From Gekko japonicus (lineage: Eukaryota): a stretch of 64,000 nt of DNA. Made by a program: the position numbers and the translations under genes. This document shows positions 55,965 to 64,000 of this stretch, in pieces (positions within the stretch are counted from its first letter, which is position 1; every line of letters begins with the position of its first letter). Under the pieces are notes generated by a model. It did not search any database and was not told where the DNA came from. It saw only the letters and a list, made by a program, of their open reading frames with translations. The DNA is taken from contig NW_015170912.1 of the NCBI RefSeq assembly GCF_001447785.1, positions 186,001 to 250,000 of the forward strand. The letters are read 5' to 3'.

Positions 55965-57517
55965 GAAAGAGATCTTGGGGTTATAAGCAGATAGCTCAAT
56001 GAAAATGTCAGCCCATTTCACAGCAGTGAAAAGGGCAAATTCCATGCTGGGGATTAGTAGGAAAGCGATTAGGAATAAATGGGCAAATATTGTAATGCCC
56101 TTGTACAGAGCCATGAAGCTGCCTCATTTTGAATACTTTGTACAGATCTTGTTGCTGTATCTCAAAAAGAACATTGCAGAGCTGGAAAAAATATAGAAGA
56201 AGGCAACCAAGATGATCCAAGAGGTTGGAGCGCTTTTTGCTATGAGGAAAGGCCAGAGAGTCTGGGATTTCTAAGTTTAGAGAGAAGAAGGCTAGGGAGG
56301 GGACATGATAAAGGTTTATAAAATTATGCAGGGGGTGGAGAAAGTGGACAAAGGGAGATTTTTCTCCCTTTCCCATAATACTAGAACTCAGAGCACCCAA
56401 TGAAGTTGATGGGCGGTAGTTTGTGACAGAAAAAAGCCCTTATTTTCTCAATGAGTAATTAAATTATGGAATTCTCTGCCAGTGAAGGTAGTGATGGCCA
56501 TGTGCATAGATGGTTTTAAAAGGGGATTAAGCAGATTCATGGAGGATAGGCCTATTAGTGCCTATTAGGCATGGCTAGTAAGGGGAGCCACCATGTAAAC
56601 ATCTGAATACCAGTACTAGAAGCCAAAAAAGGAGGGGGGGAAGCCAGTGTACAATGCAGGAAACAAAAAAGAATAACACACAAGCAAGTAAGCAAGTATA
56701 TAATGATCAAATAAGCATAACAGCAAGTATAATATAAATCAAATAAACATAACAAGTATGATATAAATCAATAGGCCAAAGTGCAATAATAAATCATAAT
56801 AGAAGCAAGTCACAGTCTTTCCATGTGTCTACTCCAGCATAGAAGCAATATCAAAGTCCAAATTGGAGTGCAATTCATCAAATTTTCTGAGCCATAAAAA
56901 GCCGACGCGTAATCCAGATGCCTGTTGCCGCATTTCGATTAATTCTTATTCAAGCATGGCTGTAATGGGACCCAGTCTCAAAAGCTGGCATACCCCCACC
57001 TGGACCAGGGGGCTGGCAACTCTATGCAAAAAGTGTAACCAGCCCCCCATAAAAGCTCTCCATTACAGCCATGCTTGAATAAGAATTAATCGAAATGCGG
57101 CAACAGGCATCCGGATTACGCGGCGGCTTTTTATGGCTCAGAAAATTTGATGAATTGCACTCCAATTTGGACTTTGATATTGCTTCTATGCTGGAGTAGA
57201 CACATGGAAAGACTGTGACTTGCTTCTATTATGATTTATTATTGCACTTTGGCCTATTGATTTATATCATACTTGTTATGTTTATTTGATTTATATTATA
57301 CTTGCTGTTATGCTTATTTGATCATTATATACTTGCTTACTTGCTTGTGCGTTATTATTTTTTGCCAGTGGTGTTCTTTTTTGTTTCCTACCAGTACTAG
57401 AAGACAACATCAGGGGGGGAGGTCTTGGCCTCTGTGCTCTGACTGCTGGCCCTCCAGTGCAACAGGATGCTGGCCTAGATGGACTGGTCTGATCCATCAG
57501 GGCATTTCTTATGTTCT
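55965..57517 (+). mobile_element. CR1 LINE 3' fragment interrupted by the insertion at 56623-57388
   Basis: AVKRANSMLGI..IVMPLYRAM..PHFEYFVQ..ELEK; the 3' UTR resumes at 57404 and ends CTGATCCATCAGGGCATTTCTTATGTTCT. Confidence 0.85.
56623..57388. repeat. TSD-flanked insertion: ~310-bp inverted repeat (56658-56968 / 57060-57389) with a locally templated spacer; possibly Penelope-derived
   Basis: 15-bp direct repeat TACCAGTACTAGAAG at 56608 and 57389; near-identical inverted arms; 56992-57063 is the reverse complement of 57850-57921. Confidence 0.9.
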
Positions 57518-57888
57518 AGAGATGGTCCACAAATTCAATTACTTTTTTGGAGCAGCAAAATGCAGAAGTCAGATTTTCCAACATAAACAGCTATGCTATC
57601 CACAATGGGACTTTGACTCTCTTATAATTCAAATCCTGCTAAAAATGAAAGTTTAATGGCATCCAATGCAGAGATGACTTAAGTCTGGAATAATGGAATG
57701 TAGGCAGCAAGATTTTTTGAGTGCTTGGGGTCTCTGAATTTATTAAACTCCTGGGAACTTTTCAGTAGCTTATGGATGTGATATGTACCAAATTGGAGCA
57801 GCTGGACCCTACGGTAGATTTACTCTATGGAGCTGGACTATTAACATCCATGGAGAGCTTTTATGGGGGGCTGGTTACACTTTTTGCA

Positions 57889-58207
57889 TAGAATTGCCAG
57901 CCCCCTGGTCCAGGTGGGGGTTCCCCCGCTTTTGTAGGCCCCTCCCTGCCTGCAAATGCCCCGGAAAGTGACGTGATGACGTCACCCGAAAGTGACATAA
58001 TCACACCACCAACATCACATGGCAATGCTCTAGTTTTGGGGCAAAACTCTATGGTAAATTTGGGCTCAAAACATAGAGCTTTGCCCAAAAACTAGAGCAT
58101 TGTTGTGTGATGTCGGCAATGTGATGACGTCACTTCTGGGTGACGTCATCACTCACACGTGGCAGAAGATCCCCCTGCTGAGAAGAAGGTAGGATCTGGC
58201 AACCCTA
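57889..58207. mobile_element. hAT MITE (TAGGGTTGCCA family)
   Basis: TAGAATTGCCAG...CTGGCAACCCTA ends; TSD TTTTTGCA / TTGTTGCA; internal TGACGTCA repeats. Confidence 0.8.
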
Positions 58208-58929
58208 TTGTTGCATGATGACACAGAGCTTTTGAAATCCAGAGGTATTCTTCAGAAGCAGCATGAAAACTGCTATTCAAATAGAGTGCTCACTCAGGCT
58301 CTGGGAATGTCTAAAGGTCGTACTGTGACCATTAAACATATTTTGGTTCCTGCAGAATCATCAACATTTATTGCTTTGAACATTAACCACAGCCCTCCAG
58401 ATTAAAGTCCTTCAAGTTTGATCTTGAAGCTTGACTGCACCACACAGATCACTCTGATGCATTTTCTTCTAGGTTTGTAATAAACAGGATGTTTCAAGAA
58501 TTCTGAGCCACACATTGATGGGGGGGGGAGGCATAAGAGCATTCTGCTAAACTAAGTGCCTCTTGAGGCTTAATAATAGCAATGTACAGCACATTCTAGT
58601 CTAAAACAAGATGTGAGCAAATTATGAGCTATTATGCTGATGCACAGCTTTTCAGCTGTCCTAGTTTCTGGGGATCCTTCCCTAATGTCACATTAGAAAG
58701 CTCTTCGCTAATTAGGAACTGTGGGCATTATTAGAAAGGGGTGGGGAAAGAATGTAGAAAAGCGGCAACCAACCATTTTTAACTTCTGAATTTAAAAAAG
58801 GACTTTAATAAAGAATGAAGTCATTTTCCCACCAGCCCTTGCCAGGGGGGGTGGGGAATAAAGACAGATGCAGCTTAGTGTGATACACTGTTATGCTTGG
58901 ACACCATCCACCTAAAGTTAAGCACTTGT

Positions 58930-59158
58930 TGTTGTTCAGTCGCACAGTCGAGTCCGACTCTTTGTGACCCCATGAACAAGATCCCGCCAGGCCCTCCTGT
59001 CTTCCGCTGTCCTCTGAAGTTTGCTCAATTTCATGTTCGTTGCATCAATGACACTGTCTAACCATCTCATCCTTTGCCGTCCCCGTCTTCTTTGACCTTC
59101 AGTCTTTCCCAGCATCAGGGTCTTCTCCAGTGAGTGCTCCCTTCTCATTTGGTGGCCA
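58930..59158 (-). mobile_element. BovB 3' end
   Basis: LEKTLMLGKTEGQRRRGRQRMRWLD; (TTG)n tail; TSD AAGCACTTGT. Confidence 0.9.
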
Positions 59159-59667
59159 AAGCACTTGTAAGACCCATTAAATTAGAAGGAGTTAAGCAAA
59201 CATTCACATTCTCCCACTGAAGTCAGTTGGGAGTCCAGAGAGCTTAACAAGATGCTAGACCTCACTAAAATAACCACATTAGATACTAATATTTTGTTAC
59301 TGATAACAGTAACCATGGGCTAGTAAATGAATGCAGCAGAATTAGGTGATTGAATCTCACAAGGAAGACAGAGGATCCCGTACCCCTTCAGACTGTAGGT
59401 AGGTCATACAATTTTTCACCAGTTCCCCGTGTACAGAAGGGGAAAAAACCCAAGGACATCTGTAAGAGGGGTTCATGCCAAGTCTAGTCCCTGCTACAAA
59501 AGCTTTTTACAAAAAAAAATTTTTTAGATCTTTATACTCTTCTCTCCAGTGAGGATGCAAAGCAGCTTACATCATCCCACCCCCTCCATTTTATCCTCAC
59601 AACAGCCCTGTGAGGCAGGTAAAGCTTTCTCACTTTATTCCACTGTTTATGTCAATGCAAAGTAAAA

Positions 59668-59747
59668 TAGAAATCCATTGGCACCTTAAAGACTAATAGC
59701 ATTTATTCTAGCATGAGCTTTTGCAAGTCAGAGCTCACTTCTTCGGG
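59668..59747 (-). mobile_element. Penelope-like pLTR fragment with decayed hammerhead
   Basis: Reverse strand reads CCGAAGAAGTGAGCTCTGACTTGCAAAAGCTCATG...TAGTCTTTAAGGTGCCA. Confidence 0.5.
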
Positions 59748-60113
59748 TGCAGTGGAGATATGCAGATGCAGCCTCTATAAGAACTATCATAGCTATCTTG
59801 TAATCTTGCATGGTTTAAATGTGAGAGAAGTAAGTAAGCTGTGATAGAAGACCATCGGGTTCCTCTAACAGTGGAAATCTTTGATCATTTTGCTACATAG
59901 ACAGCCAGATTACCAGTTTGAATGCTCGTGACCTTTGCACGACTGCAAATACGTGTTTGGCTCTGTAAGATACCTCCATCAGCTAAAAGGGTGGAAATCT
60001 CACAAAGTAGAAGTTATTTTATTCCAGAGAAAACAGTTTTTAATTGCAACAGTCTGCAGATTTTTACCATTGCTATTATTTCCTTAAAAAGGAAGACTAC
60101 CTTGGTATCTTGG

Positions 60114-60453
60114 TAAAGGTTTTCCTTGCTTGAAAGCTAGTCGAATCCGACTCTAGGGGGCGGTGCTCATCTCCATTTCCAAGCCGAAGACAGTGCTGTT
60201 CGAAGTAGTTTCCGTGGTCACGTGGCTGGCATGACTAAACGTCAAGGTGCACGGAACGCTGTTACCTTCCCACCGAAGTGGTACCTATTTATCTACTTGC
60301 AATTTCTTGCTTTCAAATGGCTAGGTTGGCAGGAAGTGGGCCCAGAGACAGGAGCTCACTTCGTAACGCAGCACTCGGGTCTCAAACTGCCGAACTATAG
60401 ACCTTCCAGTCTGCAGCTCAGCATCTTAACCTTTGAGCCACTGCAGCCCTCCC
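60114..60453 (-). mobile_element. Sauria SINE
   Basis: Reverse complement of 46954-47300. Confidence 0.85.
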
Positions 60454-60900
60454 TTACTAGAAGCATACATTTCATCATTGCTTCCCCCTTTATCTACAAA
60501 ATCAGTATCTGCTTTCCTAATACCCCCAATAACCCGGTTCAAGAAAACTGCCTGTTCTTTTAATTAGCAGAAGATATACGCCAGAGGTGCAGTAAAACTG
60601 AAGTTACAAAAACGAACAGCAAACCAAAGCCCCAGAAGGTGACAGAAAGGGAAATTAATGAATATATTTTTGACTAAATAAATGGCATTTCACAGAAAGG
60701 AAACTTGCTGTGCAGACAACGCAAGGCAAAAACAGTAGCTTTATCTCCCTGCAAGGTGAGCAATGACTTGCTCCAAATGAAAAGCTAAACTGCATGGAAT
60801 TTTTTTTTATTAAATACAACCAAGAAACAATAAATAGCTGAGAGAATCATACCCAAACCTAAAAAACATTCCCAATCAGCCTTGTGTGCTTTGGCTGGTG

Positions 60901-61099
60901 CAATGCTCCCTCTAAGCTGTGGAGTGAGCAAAAATTCTACTTTGTGAGCTACCGGCATTAAAGTTGTGAGCGAGTGATCTGGCTACAGCATACATTAGTT
61001 TGCTCTGGAGCCATCCTTCCTGAGCAAAGACAAAAATGTGTGAGCCAGAGGCTAAAAAACTGTGAGCTAGCTCACACTAGCTCATCTTAGAGGGAACAG
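60901..61099. mobile_element. hAT MITE (CAGTGTTCCCTCTAAG family)
   Basis: Same TIRs and body as 37244-37448. Confidence 0.75.
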
Positions 61100-62236
61100 T
61101 CTCCAAGGTCTCAGACAGAAGACTTCCACAGGAGTTTCTGCCTGATCCTTCGAAATGCAGTTGCCAGGGAATGAACCCAAGACCTTCTGTGAGGCAAATG
61201 CTCTACCATGGAGCCATGGTCCCTGTTCCTTTGGAAGACTTACCAGACACAAAGCATCTAGAGGTCCAGTATGGGCATTTGGGGAACTGCACGGTACAAG
61301 CACGAGGCAAAATCATGGAGGAGCATGGAGTATTTGTGCACAAAGTTTTCACTTCCTAACAATCTGTTGAGTTCACCACCACCACCCTCCTGGGAATGTC
61401 TTCTTTCCTCAGGTCCATCTTGGACTTAACAAGAAGAGGTGTCCATCCAGCACCATTGTGGAGACGATTCTCTTCAATGCCACCTTGTGAGCATTGTGAG
61501 TAAACTTCCAACTTACCACCACACATAAATCTGCTACATTTATGTCTACAAAAAGGGAGCTTCAGCTATCCCCCTGCTATTATGCCCAACTACAACAGAT
61601 GTTTTATCAGTGTAAGAACTGCTGCTGTCTTGGTTGTTCCCAGTTTGATAAAGTCACATCTAAATCCCCCACTGACCTGGTTTCGGAAGCTAGAGTGGTT
61701 CTGTTTTGCTATCCAACCATTTAATTTGAGCAGAGGTTTTGTGCTTTATTGCAGTGATGTGGGAGCAACCAAAATGTAAAGAAGCCCCATGCTGCTGAAA
61801 TATCGTTTAAATCAGACCTTAGATGCCAAGGTTCAGATAGAGGTCTGTGGATAAGGAACCCCAAGGGGCAGCCGCATATGAACAGCTAAGCAATGCTCCC
61901 AGTCCCCTACCCACACACCTCCTTTGGGCCTACCATGGTGGCACTGAGCTGCACTGGACACGGTGTCTCTCCATCGAACCCGGCAGCCATGGGGGTGAGC
62001 ATTGGGGCCCCAGACAAACATGGATGCCACACACCAGGCAGTTAGGTGTGTTGGGGCCCGACTGAGGCAGCTGCCAGGGAACAGGAGCCACTGTGATGGC
62101 CATGGACTAGGTGGCAACACACACCCGGCCAAACCCCTGCAACAGGTGGCAAGCATCACCAGCCTATGTTGCTGACGCTGTGGACCAACTACAGCTTCTG
62201 TGGTCCTATGTATGCTGGGCATCATAGGGTCCCCAG

Positions 62237-62437
62237 CAATGCTCCCTCTAAACTGTGGAGTCTTGGGAGCAAAAATTCAACTTTGTGGGCTACTGACATT
62301 AAAGTTGTCTGCATTTGGCTACTGCAAAAATTATTTTGCTCTGGAGCCATCCTTCCTGAGCTGAGATGAAAATCTGTGAGCTGAAGGCTAAAAAACTGTG
62401 AGCTAGCTCACACTAACTCTGCTTAGAGGGAACACTG
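62237..62437. mobile_element. hAT MITE (CAGTGTTCCCTCTAAG family)
   Basis: CAATGCTCCCTCTAA...TTAGAGGGAACACTG termini. Confidence 0.75.
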
Positions 62438-64000
62438 GCTCCCCAGTCCCTGGGGAGGAGGACACAGAGGGAGGACTTGATGTCTTTGGATGGCAGCGGC
62501 TCTGCCCTGGCAGACAGAGGGGGCAGTGGTGGAGCAGCCACCCCTGGGCCAGGTGTCATGGCTGCTGGTGGCTCAGAGAGGATTCTGGATCCCCGGGCAC
62601 GGGACCCTTGTCTGGCACAGCTCATCCCACCCACCCTTTCCTCCGTGTGGGTGGCAATTGAGTGGGAGTGGCTGAAGAGCGTTGCAAGTGGTGGGAAGCC
62701 TTTTCCAGGGAGCAATGGATGGAGCGGCTGCTGGGGGGCCTGTCTGAGTCCTTCAGGGCCTCTTTCCCATCCTTCTGCTGCGCCTCCGGGGGGGGGGGCC
62801 CTTGCAGGTGGCCACATGGTTGGGGCACCTTTTCCCCATTCCACTACTGTGTAACTATCCTATTAGGGAGGTGACTAGCAGCAGCACAGGTTTGCTCTGT
62901 TCGTTACTAGCGGAGATACGTGTCAACATCTATGAAATAACAATTCCATTCACTGGCTTCCAAATATGATAAATTTAGCAAGGTAGTAGCTTTGCTTTGG
63001 GAACTATGGCTACCAGATTTATCTTCTCCACTCTTATCAGTGCAGGCGATTTGTACAGTACAGAGAGCTAGCACAGAAATGTACCAAGCGGAAGCCGCAG
63101 TTTTAAGAGACCTGAACATAAAGATGAATTACAGTACCATCCCATGCAGGTCTTCTTATGAATCCTACTCACATTTATTCAATGTGGCTTACTCCTAGGA
63201 AAGTGTCTTAGGATTTCACCTGGTATTAATATAGAAGGAACTTGGGAATTTTAATCAATTGGATATAGTTCTACATAATCTTGCCCTTTAATACTCTATG
63301 TCTGTAAGTATGCAAAAAACCCCCCCAAAACTTTGAAACAGCTATATTGGTTAGTGCAAAATTAAAAAACAGGAACAAAATCTGTGTAATACCTTTTATT
63401 AGGATCAACCAAATTGACACAAAGCAGGAGGAGGGGCTTCAACTTTCCCTGCTGCACCATTCTTCTCTATCCGAAAAAAAAGCTCAAGGTGTATGTCGGG
63501 GGTTATCAGCTCGAGGAGAGGGCTGCACATGAGAAAGCTTCTCCTCCACATACACCATGGTCCTTATCTGAATGAGGATCGTACAAAACCTCAGAACTGA
63601 GTTTCCAAGAAGAACTTCCAACCGCTGCATTGTAACCTCAAGTTCCAGTGCTGGCCCAATTAACTCTCCAAAAGGGACTCCTATCCCCCCAAAGCATAAT
63701 TTTGGGGAGATCAGCAAGATGCAGCAATAGACAGAAAATATCCATTTCAACTATGGAAGTACCTTCCATTTATGGAAAATATAGTCCGGATCCGACCCTA
63801 TATTTTAATGTGTATGCCTAACCGTTTCATGCATACACACTGCGGGGGGGGGGGGAAACCACACTGCATGCATACCAAAAATTATAGTCACACGTGCATC
63901 AAATAGCAGAACTGGCTACAACTCCTTGCTGGATGTACACACTGGTAAAATATTTTTTTGCTACTATGCAATATGGTAAGTGATATTCAGCCTCTGGGAT

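Noticed and set aside
58300-64000. Expected neighbour CFAP97 (tail-to-tail with SLC25A4 in human)
   Set aside because: No recognisable CFAP97 coding sequence in the ORF track; at most unrecognisable 3'UTR could lie here.

Overview
Repeat-rich vertebrate genomic DNA from a squamate reptile, judged from the Sauria SINE, 5S-derived SINE, BovB and Squam3-like SINE content (a gecko is plausible but not proven). There are three N-gaps. The only host protein-coding gene I can support is a complete 4-exon SLC25A4/ANT1 (mitochondrial ADP/ATP carrier, 298 aa, + strand, 49608-55467) with a CpG-rich CCAAT/TATA promoter and a polyA signal. The rest is a patchwork of transposable elements: a young 5'-truncated Gypsy element with the unusual Gmr1-type PR-INT-RT-RH pol order; two Tf1/sushi-type LTR+gag starts whose primer-binding sites pair with their own R regions, with a compensatory change between them (self-priming); solo LTRs; L1, CR1, L2 and BovB fragments; Penelope-like elements with hammerhead-type motifs; and many hAT/Harbinger MITEs with target-site duplications (TSDs). 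The most unusual structure is a 766-bp TSD-flanked insertion just 3' of SLC25A4. It consists of ~310-bp inverted arms around a spacer that was copied, inverted, from genomic DNA ~0.8 kb downstream. I found no evidence for a wholly new biological system; the best findings are rare or mechanistically informative instances of known retroelement biology.
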